Below, in pieces: positions 33,595 to 43,670 of a stretch of DNA of 64,000 nucleotides. Position 1 is the stretch's first letter. Each line of letters begins with the position of its first letter. A program made the position numbers and the translations under genes. Source of the stretch: an uncultured Candidatus Micrarchaeota archaeon. Its GTDB lineage: Archaea > Micrarchaeota > Micrarchaeia > Burarchaeales > Fermentimicrarchaeaceae. Under the pieces are notes generated by a model, which ran no database searches, was not told where the DNA came from, and saw nothing but the letters and a program-made list of their open reading frames with translations. The stretch is taken from assembly GCA_903884505.1 (NCBI GenBank), contig CAISET010000030.1, positions 29,701-93,700 on the forward strand. The letters run 5' to 3'.

Positions 33595-36518
33595 CCGGCC
33601 GGGTAAATCGTCCTGATTATGCTGACGACCTTCTCCACTATCTCAAGCGCCTGCTTCGTCTCCTCGAGAACTTCCTTTCTCTTCTCCTTCGTCTCATTGC
33701 GCATCCGCAGCCTTTCAAGCACCATCTCAAAGTCGCGGTTGTAGGTCTTTCCCACCCTGTCCAGGTGATTCAGCTGGTGAATTATACCCCAAGGGGCGAC
33801 TTCGTTTTTCAGCGCGTTGAAAACTACCTCGGCCCCGTGCCTGCCAATGGCATCCCGGATATAGTTTGAAAGGCTCCACATCGTGGAGGCGCTGCGCGTG
33901 TACTGGTACCCCTTCTGATTAGCAATTGCCTGCGCCTCGTCAGTAACCATCTTGCTGTCCTCGATAAGCTTGCGCTTGATGCTCTTCTTGAAAGCTTCAG
34001 CGCACTTGTCTTTGCTGGCAGGGTCGGGATTACGGCCCTTTGCCATCCTCATGCACTTTTCGGTAATGGTAATATCATTCGGATTTCGAGGCCGGACAAA
34101 GTCCCTGAATTCATCGAATTTCAGGTACTCGGTATATGAAGAAATCCCCTCACTTTCGGATTGATTTGCAAAGGCTGCCTGGCGCAGCTCCTTGACCCTG
34201 TTATTGAGCTGCAATATGTGAGTAGGCGCTTCTATTCCCAGCGCCTTCATGTAAATCCTTAGCACCTTGTGTTTTGCCTTGGTGGGATTGGTTATCTCCT
34301 TTAGGCGCAGCGCCCAAAAATCCGCAACAAGCGCCTTCTCCTCTTCGGTTGCGCTTCCCAAGCCCGCGGCCTTCTCCGCCCAATACCCCCTGATTCTCTC
34401 CCTTGAGTACGCATGCGTCACAACGTGTATCAACGCGTCGAACACTTCCTGCTTCCCGATGAATTCGAGCTTCTCCCTCTGCCGCTCGCTCAAAGGCCCC
34501 TCAAGCCTCCATCCCGGGGCTGGAAGGTCGCGCATTGCCTCGTAGGCCTTCTCGCCATATCGCCGTCTTATGTGCTCGCTTGGCCTAGAGCTGCGCCATG
34601 CAAGCTGCAGTTCCCTGAACATGAATCCTTTCTCATCGAGCTCATGGTATGCCTGCGCGAGTACGTCCATGCCTATCTTGCCGAAGTCGTTCTCCCTTAT
34701 CGCATCGATGACTTTTGGATGGATGAGGATTACGGACACCGTTCCGCACTCTTTTGTCGGAAATTGGAACAGCAGCGCAAGGCGCCCGTTCGGCTTCTCT
34801 TCAGTCTCTAAAACAATCGTGTTCTCGGGTATCATGCTGTTCGCAGGGTGGTTCTTCTTTATGGCGCCATTGAGCGCGAGGAATGTGCTCATCGGCAGCA
34901 CTTTTCCCGGTATGTTGCCCAGGAAGGGGTGCTTGAGGATGGCTTCGCATGCTCCAGTCTCGCGGTCTGTCCTTCTTATCTCAAGGAACGAATCGTGGGC
35001 GAGCGCATCCCTTAGCTGTGCGATTCGCTCCGCATTGTGCCTGCTGGCCTCTTCGAAGGTTGCAGGCTCCCACTCCGCCGGCTCCAGCGCCAGCTTTGCA
35101 AGGTATCTTTCGGCAGGCCCGCACTGCTTCCGTGCCCTCTCGAGGATTCGGTTGAAATCCAGGTGGATTTCCTCCTTCTCGCCAAGTTCGGGCTCGCGCT
35201 CAAACCTGCAGGCTATTGCATTGAAGTTCTTGATGAGCTTCTCGCCTTCCTCCCCAGTAACCACCTTGCCTTTCCTGTCAAGTATGGCACAGCTGATTGC
35301 ATCGCCCGTTGGGACCGTGAACAGCCAATTGCCCTCCGCATCCCCGACCAGCACCTTCGCGCCCTTCTCATCGTAAAGCACAGTGTTCCCGTCCACATCC
35401 CTCATCTGGCGCAGCCGCCCCTTCGGGTCGTATATCGCGTCCTCGCCGAGCTTGTTCACGACGAGAGTGTAGTTCTTCGAGAAGACGACGTCGCTGCCAT
35501 CCATGCATATCTCCAGCACATTTGTGCCATCCGCATTGGAAGTCACCCCGTATCCGTCAATCGAGAAGCGCGTCTTCATGCCCGGCGCGCGCACGGATTC
35601 GGTCGTGACCGGCGCTCCCTTCTTCGCATTCTCCTCCACCATCTGTATGTCCGCTTCAACTAGCCCTGCGAATTCCGGCCTTGCGTCCCTCTTCCTGGCC
35701 TCAAGGAAATCCAGCGCCTTGTTCCAGGAGCCGGCATAGGACCCGTAGTCGCGCACAAGGGAGACCAGGCTTTCCATCGCCTTCTCGCGAATCTTCGGCC
35801 CGGTATCCCTGCCGGTGACGATTGCAAGCGGCAATTTCGCCCCATGCCTCAGTGAATTCGAAATGTAATGGTAGCCAAGCTCGTACTCCAATTTCAGCGT
35901 GAGCTTATTGAACTGCTCGACAATATGCAACTGTTTCGCGTCAAATGTGGCGAGCCCTATCTCCTTTTCCAACCGTTTTTTCTCGCGCAAATATGCCTCT
36001 TTTGAAATCTTCCCTTCGTCGCACGCCCTCTTGCACTCCTCAATCTTCTTTTCAAGTTCGGGTATGCATTTCTCGAGCAGGTATGCCTCGGCATTCGCCG
36101 CAGTGGAAGCGACTTTGGCATATTCCTCCTCAAGCTTGCCGAACGCCTCCCCAGTTTTCCGCTCGTAATCCCCTTCGCTCTCCTCAATCGCCGCGGCCCT
36201 TTCGTGTTCATTCCTGAATTTTGCTTTCCCTATCTCCGCCTTCTCCGCCTTCAACTCCTCTTCATACCTCGTCTTTATCCCGCTCCTCTCAGCAATATAC
36301 CTGTCCTTGAGGTATTTGGAACGCGCATTCAGGTCGTTCCACATGTCGCTCATGGCCTTCCTTTCCGTATATTCCTTGAAGCTTTCCTTGGGAGCCAGGG
36401 CTACCGATTTCTGGGGTTCCTTGCTCTTTTCGGTCTCAGCGGGCGCCATGCTATTCTCACGATTTTCAGGTATATAATGCAGTCGCTTCGGCGGAGGCTT
36501 TAAATTCCGCACCGGCAA
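33591..36518 (-). CDS. Large cytoplasmic hypothetical protein (975 aa; alternative leaderless start at 36449), with YD-repeat-like segment
   Basis: No signal peptide. N-terminal coiled coil. 'YDPKGRLRQMRDVDGNTVLYDEKGAKV' resembles the RHS/YD consensus. TATA-like cattatatacc lies ~30 bp upstream of ATG 36449. Confidence 0.5.
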   Translation of the reverse strand: MPVRNLKPPPKRLHYIPENRENSMAPAETEKSKEPQKSVALAPKESFKEYTERKAMSDMWNDLNARSKYLKDRYIAERSGIKTRYEEELKAEKAEIGKAKFRNEHERAAAIEESEGDYERKTGEAFGKLEEEYAKVASTAANAEAYLLEKCIPELEKKIEECKRACDEGKISKEAYLREKKRLEKEIGLATFDAKQLHIVEQFNKLTLKLEYELGYHYISNSLRHGAKLPLAIVTGRDTGPKIREKAMESLVSLVRDYGSYAGSWNKALDFLEARKRDARPEFAGLVEADIQMVEENAKKGAPVTTESVRAPGMKTRFSIDGYGVTSNADGTNVLEICMDGSDVVFSKNYTLVVNKLGEDAIYDPKGRLRQMRDVDGNTVLYDEKGAKVLVGDAEGNWLFTVPTGDAISCAILDRKGKVVTGEEGEKLIKNFNAIACRFEREPELGEKEEIHLDFNRILERARKQCGPAERYLAKLALEPAEWEPATFEEASRHNAERIAQLRDALAHDSFLEIRRTDRETGACEAILKHPFLGNIPGKVLPMSTFLALNGAIKKNHPANSMIPENTIVLETEEKPNGRLALLFQFPTKECGTVSVILIHPKVIDAIRENDFGKIGMDVLAQAYHELDEKGFMFRELQLAWRSSRPSEHIRRRYGEKAYEAMRDLPAPGWRLEGPLSERQREKLEFIGKQEVFDALIHVVTHAYSRERIRGYWAEKAAGLGSATEEEKALVADFWALRLKEITNPTKAKHKVLRIYMKALGIEAPTHILQLNNRVKELRQAAFANQSESEGISSYTEYLKFDEFRDFVRPRNPNDITITEKCMRMAKGRNPDPASKDKCAEAFKKSIKRKLIEDSKMVTDEAQAIANQKGYQYTRSASTMWSLSNYIRDAIGRHGAEVVFNALKNEVAPWGIIHQLNHLDRVGKTYNRDFEMVLERLRMRNETKEKRKEVLEETKQALEIVEKVVSIIRTIYPAG

Positions 36519-36527
36519 AACAACTTC

Positions 36528-38051
36528 ATGAAGAAGGAGGCTCCGAGGGGAGACGCCGCAGCATTCCTGCTTATCTTCGTGATTGCGGCAGCCGCATTGG
36601 CATTGCTCCCCAGCCTCTTCCTTACCAAATGGTTCATCGATGACAAGGACCCTTCCTCATTCGCGGGCATAGTGCTCCTTATGGCGCTCCTGCAACTGGT
36701 GTTCTTCTTCACAAAGGAGGCTACGCCTTCCATTGACTGGAGGGGCTGGGCTGCGGCCTTGGTCCTTTTCGCCCTTGGCGCGTCCGTCCTCCTCTTCCTT
36801 CCGTTCGAGCTCTCCTTGGGCTTCTGGTATTTCAGGATGGACATGCTTGCGCTTTCCTTCTTCCTCGCGGGCGCGCTCGCCCTTCTCTTCGGCGCTGAAG
36901 CCCTCTGGAGGATGCGCTTCCTCCCGATATACTCCCTCCTCGCCTGGCCCGTCATCGCCTTGCCGCTCATCTGGCTCGAGCCCCATCTGACGAGTTTCAC
37001 CGCAGACTTCCTGCAATTCTTCGCATCCACGTTCGGGCTTGCGATAACCCGCGGGGCCGGCAACGTATTCACGACGCCTGCCAGCGAGATACCGATAATA
37101 ATCGCGCCGGCATGCGCGGCCCTTGCGGCAATCCTCGGCTTCGCGGCCTTCGTCCTGCCGTTCGCCTACCACCTTCGCGGGAAGCTCAACAAGAGGGTGA
37201 CCTGGCTCGCACTCGGAGTCGTGCTTGTGGGGCTGCTCAACCTTGCGAGAATCGCAATCGTGGCCCTGCTCTGGAGCTACTTCGGACTCACGAGCGCGGT
37301 TTCGTTCTTCTACAATTTCAGCGGAACCATGCTCTTCAACATCTCGGTCCTCGCGGTGCTGCTCCTCATCCCCGTCTTCGGGCTCTCCTTCCCGCCCCTG
37401 CGCGGCGCATCGGTTTTCAGGGAAGGAATACATGCATCATTCTCCAAGTCCATCCGCAGCCTGCGCGCCTCCGCCAAAATGCTTGCGCCGCCCATTCTCG
37501 CGCTCGTAATCCTGACCGCGGGCTTCTATCTGCTCGATTCGAGCGTGATGGTGAATTACTCCTGGCTTGAAAATTTCGGCGGGCAGCAGTTCTCCACGGT
37601 CCAGGCGAACCCTGACGAGCTCCCATACCCTGACGACTGGGACTTCATCGCCTCGGACACCGGCTTCTCCGCAAACTACACTGTGAGCAGGTTCATCTTT
37701 GAAATGCCGGACGGCAGCCAGGTGCAGGCCATGGCCTTCTCCTCTTCGAACTCCTCCGCGCTCTCATTTAGCGCTGAGGATAAGTTGCGCTCGGAAGGCT
37801 ATACACTCCAGCGCGAAACCCTCACGCCAATCGGGTACGGAATAACCGGGAGGGGCGTTTCCTACTATAAGAACGGCACCTACTACTCGACATTCTACTG
37901 GACGCAGCCCGCGGTGTTCGGCGGAAGCCCCACCTATGCCGCCTTCCTCTTCACAATGGGCGATGATGAAAACTACTCCCATGCCTCCAGCCTGCTGCCT
38001 ATCGCACGGGAGTTCAGGAGAAGGCTCAACACAATGCCGGAACCCGCCTGA
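36528..38051 (+). CDS. Exosortase/archaeosortase-like polytopic membrane protein with ~200-aa C-terminal extracytoplasmic domain
   Basis: ~8 TM helices. Candidate catalytic Cys in 'IIAPACAAL', followed by an 'LLNLARIAIV' N..R motif, in the order expected for exosortases. Confidence 0.45.
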   Translation: MKKEAPRGDAAAFLLIFVIAAAALALLPSLFLTKWFIDDKDPSSFAGIVLLMALLQLVFFFTKEATPSIDWRGWAAALVLFALGASVLLFLPFELSLGFWYFRMDMLALSFFLAGALALLFGAEALWRMRFLPIYSLLAWPVIALPLIWLEPHLTSFTADFLQFFASTFGLAITRGAGNVFTTPASEIPIIIAPACAALAAILGFAAFVLPFAYHLRGKLNKRVTWLALGVVLVGLLNLARIAIVALLWSYFGLTSAVSFFYNFSGTMLFNISVLAVLLLIPVFGLSFPPLRGASVFREGIHASFSKSIRSLRASAKMLAPPILALVILTAGFYLLDSSVMVNYSWLENFGGQQFSTVQANPDELPYPDDWDFIASDTGFSANYTVSRFIFEMPDGSQVQAMAFSSSNSSALSFSAEDKLRSEGYTLQRETLTPIGYGITGRGVSYYKNGTYYSTFYWTQPAVFGGSPTYAAFLFTMGDDENYSHASSLLPIAREFRRRLNTMPEPA

Positions 38052-38109
38052 TAATTGCCCTCGGTGCCCAGCTATCCTTCGCTTCCCGGCAGCAGGGAAT
38101 TCGCAGCGC

Positions 38110-38709
38110 TCAGCGCTCTTCGTAAATGCGCCCATGCGCCGAACTGACGAATTCCCAGTCTATGTTCTTCATGAAGGCCTCGATATACTTCTTCCTCGCG
38201 GTCCCGTAATCGAGGAAGTAGGCATGCTCGTAAACATCGAGCACGAGCAATGGTGTGGCATTCCAAACCCCGTGCGTGTGGATGTCCAGCGAGTAGTTGT
38301 GCAGCTTCCTGTCATTCCAGTTGTAAGCCAGCACCACCCAACCGCGCGCAGCAAGCCCGGAAGCCTTGAAGTCCTCCTCCCATTTCGCATAGGAGCCGAA
38401 GTCCCCCCCAATCATCCCCTGAATCTTTCCCTTCGGCTTCCCGTCCCCTCCGAGAGAATCGAAGTAGGCCTCGTGGAGCAGGATGGCGTTCGTGGCGAAA
38501 GCCTCCTCCCTCCAAAGCTCGCCGACAAGACTGTAGGTCGCGTTCGCCTCGCTCCTGTCCGCAGCCGCGAGCTTCGCCTCGATCTCGCCCAGCTTCTTCA
38601 CATAGCCGGCATAGAGCACATCGTGGTGCTCCTGAAGCTGCCTCAGGGAAAGCCCCTCGATTCCCTTCTGCAATGCCGCTTTCAGCGGCTTAACTACTCT
38701 TTCCACCAT
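38110..38709 (-). CDS. sod: Fe/Mn superoxide dismutase
   Basis: 'DVYEHAYFLDY' signature and N-terminal His pair region. Confidence 0.85.
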   Translation of the reverse strand: MVERVVKPLKAALQKGIEGLSLRQLQEHHDVLYAGYVKKLGEIEAKLAAADRSEANATYSLVGELWREEAFATNAILLHEAYFDSLGGDGKPKGKIQGMIGGDFGSYAKWEEDFKASGLAARGWVVLAYNWNDRKLHNYSLDIHTHGVWNATPLLVLDVYEHAYFLDYGTARKKYIEAFMKNIDWEFVSSAHGRIYEER

Positions 38710-40957
38710 GCCACCACCTCATCAACAGAGAATTGCCTACGACTGAAAACGAGCTGAATGCCATCGCGGCGCCAGCAATCATCGGGTTCAGCAGGAAGCC
38801 TGAGAACGGATAAAGAATGCCTGCCGCAACCGGAATCGTGATTATGTTGTAGAAGAAAGCCCAGAAGAGATTCTGCCTTATCTTCTTCATCGTATATCTG
38901 CTCAAATCAATCGCAGCAACCACGTCGCGCAAATCGTCCTTGATCAGCACGATATTTCCGGTCTCGAGCGCCACGTCGGTTCCGGAGCCAATCGCGATGC
39001 CCACGTCCGCCTGCGCGAGCGCGGGCGCATCATTAATTCCGTCGCCGACCATCGCCACAATCTCCCCTTTCTTCTGCAGCTCCTTCACCCTCTTCTCTTT
39101 CTCTTCAGGCAGCACGTTCGCCATGACTTCCGTTATCCCCGCTTCGTGCGCAACCGCCATCGCGGTCTTCTCATTGTCTCCGGTAATCATTGCCACCTTA
39201 AGACCCATTTTTTGCAGCGCCAGAACGGCTTCCGCTGAGCCTGGCTTGAGCGCATCCGCGACCCCAAGCACGCCAACCAGCTTTCCGCCAACCGAAACGA
39301 GCACGGCCGTCTTGCCTTCCTCCTCCAGTTTAGTAACCTCGTTCCCAGCCCTCGCCGCAACTTCTACCTTCTCCTTCGCCATCAGCGCGCGGTTCCCAAC
39401 AGCAACGCGCCGCCCCCCAACCTCAGCAAGCACCCCTCTTCCCGGAACCGCCTTGAAATTTCTCGCCTTCTCCACTCGCACCTTTCTCTTCTCCGCCCCG
39501 CCCACAATCGCCTCGCCAATGGGGTGCTCGGACCCCTTCTCAGCCGAAGCAGCGCAAGCCAGCAGCTCCTTCTCGCTGAGGGTGCCGAGTGGCATGATGT
39601 CAATCAGTTCAGGCTTGCCCGTAGTCAGCGTCCCTGTCTTGTCCAGGATTACAACGCTGATTTTCCCGGCGGCCTCGAGCGCCTCTCCGCCCTTAATCAG
39701 GATTCCATTCTCAGCGCCCTTCCCTGTCCCGACCATTATCGCGGTAGGCGTAGCCAGCCCCAATGCGCACGGGCAGGCGATAATCAGCACGGAAACTAGG
39801 ATTGACATCGCAAAAACCAGCGGTGGCGCACCGAGTACCATCATCGCTGGCGCAACAAAATACCAGAATCCGAAGGCGAGAAGCGCAATCGCAATCACCA
39901 CGGGCACGAAATACGCGGCAACAACATCAGCGAGCCGCTGTATCGGCGCCTTGCTGCCCTGCGCTTCCTCAACCAGGCGTATTATCTGCGCGAGCGTAGT
40001 GTCCTTGCCCACTTTCGTTGCCTTCATCCTGAAAGAGCCCAGCTTGTTCATCGTTGCGCCGATCACTTCGCTTCCCTTCCTCTTCCCAACAGGCCTGCTC
40101 TCCCCGCTAATCATCGACTCGTCAACATGGGATTCGCCTTCGACTACGATTCCATCGACAGGAATTCGCGCTCCTGGCCTGATTACAAGGATGTCGCCCA
40201 TCCGTACATCCTCAGCAGCCACCTCAACCTCTCTCCCACTCCTAACAATTCTCGCGGTCTTCGGCTGCAGGCTGATGAGCCTTTTCACAGCCTCGCCTGT
40301 CCTCCCTTTCGCAGCCGCCTCAAGGTATTTGCCGAGCAGGATGAAGGTGATGATGACCGCCGCGCCGTCGTAATACGTCACCGCAAGCGCAGGCCCGAGA
40401 AAGGCAGGCGCGAAGGTGGCGACAGCGCTATACAGGTAGGCTGCGCTAGTGCCCATCGCAATCAGGGTGTCCATGTTTGCGGAAAGCGACCTGAGCGCTG
40501 CCAGGGTTCCCCGGTAGAATCTCCAGCCCGCGATGAACTGCACCGGCGTCGCCAGGATGAAGAGAAGCAGGTTCGTGGTTCCCGCGTCCGCAATCCTCGC
40601 CCCGAAAATCTCCGGGAAGGAGAGGATGAAAATCGGGATGGCGAGCGCGGCGGCGAGAACGACGTCCATCTCGAGCCTGCCCATCTCCTTCTCCCGCATA
40701 TGGTGCGCGTGCTCACCAGCACCCATGCCTTCCATGAGCGGCTCCGCATCATATCCGGCGTTCCTTATCGCCGCAATCAGCTTCCCGGGCCCGACATGCT
40801 GCTCTGCCTCGATATATGCCTTCTCGCTTGCGTAATTCACATTAGCAGAAGAAACTCCCGGCACCTTCCTCAGCCGCTTCTCAATAGTAGCCGCGCAGCC
40901 GGCACAGTCCATTCCGGAAACGCCGAGAATGATGCGCCTACCTTTCGTCCCAGCCAC
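38690..40957 (-). CDS. copA: Copper-translocating P1B-type ATPase
   Basis: HMA 'GMDCAGCA', 'CPC', 'DKTGTLT', 'GDGINDAP'. Confidence 0.9.
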   Translation of the reverse strand: MAGTKGRRIILGVSGMDCAGCAATIEKRLRKVPGVSSANVNYASEKAYIEAEQHVGPGKLIAAIRNAGYDAEPLMEGMGAGEHAHHMREKEMGRLEMDVVLAAALAIPIFILSFPEIFGARIADAGTTNLLLFILATPVQFIAGWRFYRGTLAALRSLSANMDTLIAMGTSAAYLYSAVATFAPAFLGPALAVTYYDGAAVIITFILLGKYLEAAAKGRTGEAVKRLISLQPKTARIVRSGREVEVAAEDVRMGDILVIRPGARIPVDGIVVEGESHVDESMISGESRPVGKRKGSEVIGATMNKLGSFRMKATKVGKDTTLAQIIRLVEEAQGSKAPIQRLADVVAAYFVPVVIAIALLAFGFWYFVAPAMMVLGAPPLVFAMSILVSVLIIACPCALGLATPTAIMVGTGKGAENGILIKGGEALEAAGKISVVILDKTGTLTTGKPELIDIMPLGTLSEKELLACAASAEKGSEHPIGEAIVGGAEKRKVRVEKARNFKAVPGRGVLAEVGGRRVAVGNRALMAKEKVEVAARAGNEVTKLEEEGKTAVLVSVGGKLVGVLGVADALKPGSAEAVLALQKMGLKVAMITGDNEKTAMAVAHEAGITEVMANVLPEEKEKRVKELQKKGEIVAMVGDGINDAPALAQADVGIAIGSGTDVALETGNIVLIKDDLRDVVAAIDLSRYTMKKIRQNLFWAFFYNIITIPVAAGILYPFSGFLLNPMIAGAAMAFSSFSVVGNSLLMRWWHGGKSS

Positions 40958-41008
40958 GCAGATAATGGCGCCGCAACCTGTTTATATATTTGCGGGCAAA
41001 TCCCGTTT

Positions 41009-41845
41009 ATGGTCTGGATACTGAACGCGGGCGGGCTGAGGGAGGAGTTCGACCAGCTCAAAGTGCAGCGCACCTGCCTGCGTGCAGGCGCTGAAAAGGA
41101 GACTGCGGAGAGGATTGCAGCCGAGGTCGCATCCAGCGTGCGCGATGGCATGACTACCAAGCACATACTCAAGCTCACGCTCAAGCTGCTCGAGAAGCTG
41201 GAGGCGCCGCACGTCGTCGCCCGCTACGACCTGAAAGGCGCAATCATGAGGCTCGGCCCGGCGGGCTTCCCGTTCGAGACCTTCCTGGGCGAGGTGCTCG
41301 GGGAATTTGGCTACAAGACCAGGCTGAGGCAGATTCTCCAGGGGTTCTGCGTCACCCACGAGATTGACGTAATCGCGGAGAAAGACGGCGCAAGGGGAAT
41401 GATAGAGTGCAAGTATCGCAACTCCTCAGGAGACTACATCGGAATAAAGGATGCGCTCTACACCTACGCCCGCTTCCTCGACCTGGTAGATGGCCACAAA
41501 GCGGGCAAGTGCGAGGAGTTCGGTCAGGTCTGGCTCGCGACCAACACCAAGTTCTCCGAGGAGGTGCTCAAATACGCGACATGCAAGGGGATGAGGCTTA
41601 TAGGATGGAGATACCCGAAGGGCGGAAGCCTGGAGGAGATGGTTGAGTCTAAGCGCCTCTATCCCATAACAGTCCTCCGCACCCTCGATCCCCTTTCCCA
41701 GCGGAGGTTCGCCGCGGCCGACCTGATGCTCTGCACGCACGCGGCCCGGCTCTCCCTCGATGAGCTGCACGATAAAACTGCGCTCCCAACGAGGAAGCTC
41801 GCAATAATAATGGACGAGATAGCACAGGTCTGCGGAGGGGACTGA
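41009..41845 (+). CDS. ATP-cone domain fused to Mrr-like restriction-endonuclease-fold (PD-(D/E)xK) domain protein
   Basis: N-terminal ATP-cone-like helix pattern. 'IDVIAEKDGARGMIECKYR' D...E.K core. The annotated long ORF 40127-41845 is antisense to copA and rejected upstream of 41009. Confidence 0.5.
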   Translation: MVWILNAGGLREEFDQLKVQRTCLRAGAEKETAERIAAEVASSVRDGMTTKHILKLTLKLLEKLEAPHVVARYDLKGAIMRLGPAGFPFETFLGEVLGEFGYKTRLRQILQGFCVTHEIDVIAEKDGARGMIECKYRNSSGDYIGIKDALYTYARFLDLVDGHKAGKCEEFGQVWLATNTKFSEEVLKYATCKGMRLIGWRYPKGGSLEEMVESKRLYPITVLRTLDPLSQRRFAAADLMLCTHAARLSLDELHDKTALPTRKLAIIMDEIAQVCGGD

Positions 41846-41851
41846 AGGCAT

Positions 41852-43003
41852 ATGGCAATGTACGACGTGATTGTTGTCGGCGCCGGCCCTGGCGGCTCGA
41901 GCGCGGCCCGCGCATGCGCGAAGAAGGGGCTGACGGTGCTCCTCATTGACCAAGCGGAATTCCCGCGCTACAAGCTGTGCGGGGGCGGCGTAACTGAAGC
42001 GGCGAGGCGCCTCCTCGGCTTCAACATCCCGAAGGAGATTGCCGAGAGGGAGGCGCGCGGGATGAGGTTCATCCACGAAAATGTCTCCCTTGAATTCAAA
42101 TCCAGCAGGCGCGTGGTCACCATGGTGATGCGCGACGCCTTTGACAATTTTCTCGCGGAGAAAGCCGTTGATGCGGGCGCTGAATTCGCCCAGGGCGAGA
42201 GGGTGCTCGGAATGAAGAAAGGCAGCAACTGCGTCGAACTCGCCACCTCAAAAGGCATGAGAAAGGCGCGCTGCGCAATCGGCGCGGACGGGATAACCAG
42301 CGTGCTTGCCAGCTCCGTCCGCCCGCCATTCCACAGGGACGAGATTGGCGCGACCGTCGGTGCGGAGATCCCGGCGAAGGAGAAAGAGATAGACCGTGAA
42401 TTCGGTGACATGGTAGAGATAGAGACCGGCATGCTCGGGTTCGGCTACGGCTGGATATTCCCTAAAAGGCGCACGCTCTCCTTCGGCTACGGCGCATACC
42501 TTGACAACTCCGCGGGAGTCCGCGGCGCGCTCATAGGCTATCTGGGGAGGCACGGTTTCCGCAGCGGCTACAAGATAACCGGGCACATGATTCCGTTCGG
42601 CGGAACCATGAAGCGGTGCTGGGGCAACCGCATCCTGCTCGCAGGCGATGCCGCGGGCTTCGCGGACCCGTTCCACGGGGAGGGGATAAGATATGCCATT
42701 CGCTCGGGCCAGATAGCGAGCGAGGTCCTTGCGACTGCGCTCGAGGACAGCGACCTTTCGGAAAAATCCCTCGCCCACTACGGCGCGCGCTGCTACGACG
42801 AGTTCGGCAGGGAGCTGAAATGGGCGCGCAGGCTCGCGAGGGTCGTATACCGCGACTTCGGCCTCTTCTTCCACCTCGCGAAGAAGAACCCGTCCGTCCT
42901 CGAGAACTACTGCAAGACCATTTTCGGCGAGCTCGGCTACAAGGAGTTCTTCCTCTGGTCCGCGCCCCGCTTCCCCATGTTCGCGCTCAAGAGCGTAGTC
43001 TGA
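41852..43003 (+). CDS. Geranylgeranyl reductase-family FAD-dependent oxidoreductase
   Basis: 'YDVIVVGAGPGGSSAA' FAD motif and 'LLAGDAAGFADPFHGEGI'. Confidence 0.8.
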   Translation: MAMYDVIVVGAGPGGSSAARACAKKGLTVLLIDQAEFPRYKLCGGGVTEAARRLLGFNIPKEIAEREARGMRFIHENVSLEFKSSRRVVTMVMRDAFDNFLAEKAVDAGAEFAQGERVLGMKKGSNCVELATSKGMRKARCAIGADGITSVLASSVRPPFHRDEIGATVGAEIPAKEKEIDREFGDMVEIETGMLGFGYGWIFPKRRTLSFGYGAYLDNSAGVRGALIGYLGRHGFRSGYKITGHMIPFGGTMKRCWGNRILLAGDAAGFADPFHGEGIRYAIRSGQIASEVLATALEDSDLSEKSLAHYGARCYDEFGRELKWARRLARVVYRDFGLFFHLAKKNPSVLENYCKTIFGELGYKEFFLWSAPRFPMFALKSVV

Positions 43004-43032
43004 GCATAAGGTTTAAAGGCGGGCCAAAATAA

Positions 43033-43416
43033 GTGATACCTGTGAGACGGATGAAAAGTTCCGCATATCTGCTCGTGGGCGCTTTGTTAGCCGCTACCGT
43101 GCTTCTCTTCGGGTGCCTTGGGCAAAACTCAAAACAGGCCAGCTTCACCGGCGGCGGAGGGTGCGTAAGAACGGGCAGCGCCGTGGACGGATGCAAGGTC
43201 TTTTGCAACGGTACCATCACGAACAGCGGTGGCGCGCCCGGGTCCGCAAGAATGAGCTTTGACATTGTCGAGGACAACGGTTGGCACAAATCGTATACGC
43301 TCGGCCCATATCCCCTGCAGCCCAACCAGACCCAGCGTTGGAGCATGACCATGTTGTATGCCGACTGCAACAGGGCATATGGCATCGGCGGTGTTAGCAT
43401 ACAGGGCGTGGATTGA
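43033..43416 (+). CDS. Small putative lipoprotein (lipobox-like LFGC)
   Basis: 'MKSSAYLLVGALLAATVLLFGCLGQ'. Confidence 0.45.
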   Translation: MIPVRRMKSSAYLLVGALLAATVLLFGCLGQNSKQASFTGGGGCVRTGSAVDGCKVFCNGTITNSGGAPGSARMSFDIVEDNGWHKSYTLGPYPLQPNQTQRWSMTMLYADCNRAYGIGGVSIQGVD

Positions 43417-43640
43417 AAGAAGAAGGGCTTTTTGGAAGCAACCGGTTTCAGAAATTATTCCTAATTTCTTTCTTCCGTCAGGCCCTGGCATGCAACTGTT
43501 GGCCTCCAACGCACGTTTTTGCCTTTTTTTTGCGCTTTCGTCGTTGCATTCCAGCGTTTTTCCCACCGGATGCTTCCGTAGGTAATTACGCAGTACTTAT
43601 ATAAATACTTACGCTTCCTAGGCGTAATGAAATAATAAAT

Positions 43641-43668
43641 TCGGAAAAAGAAAAGGAAAACTGAAACG
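43641..43668 (-). terminator. Oligo-T terminator for the minus-strand SPFH operon
   Basis: The minus strand reads ccgtttcagttttccttttctttttcc just after the SPFH stop. Confidence 0.35.
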
Positions 43669-43670
43669 GT

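Noticed and set aside
40127-41008. 5' 880 bp of the annotated 572-aa ORF
   Set aside because: It is antisense to the well-supported copA gene, with no motifs. Only the portion from ATG 41009 is kept.
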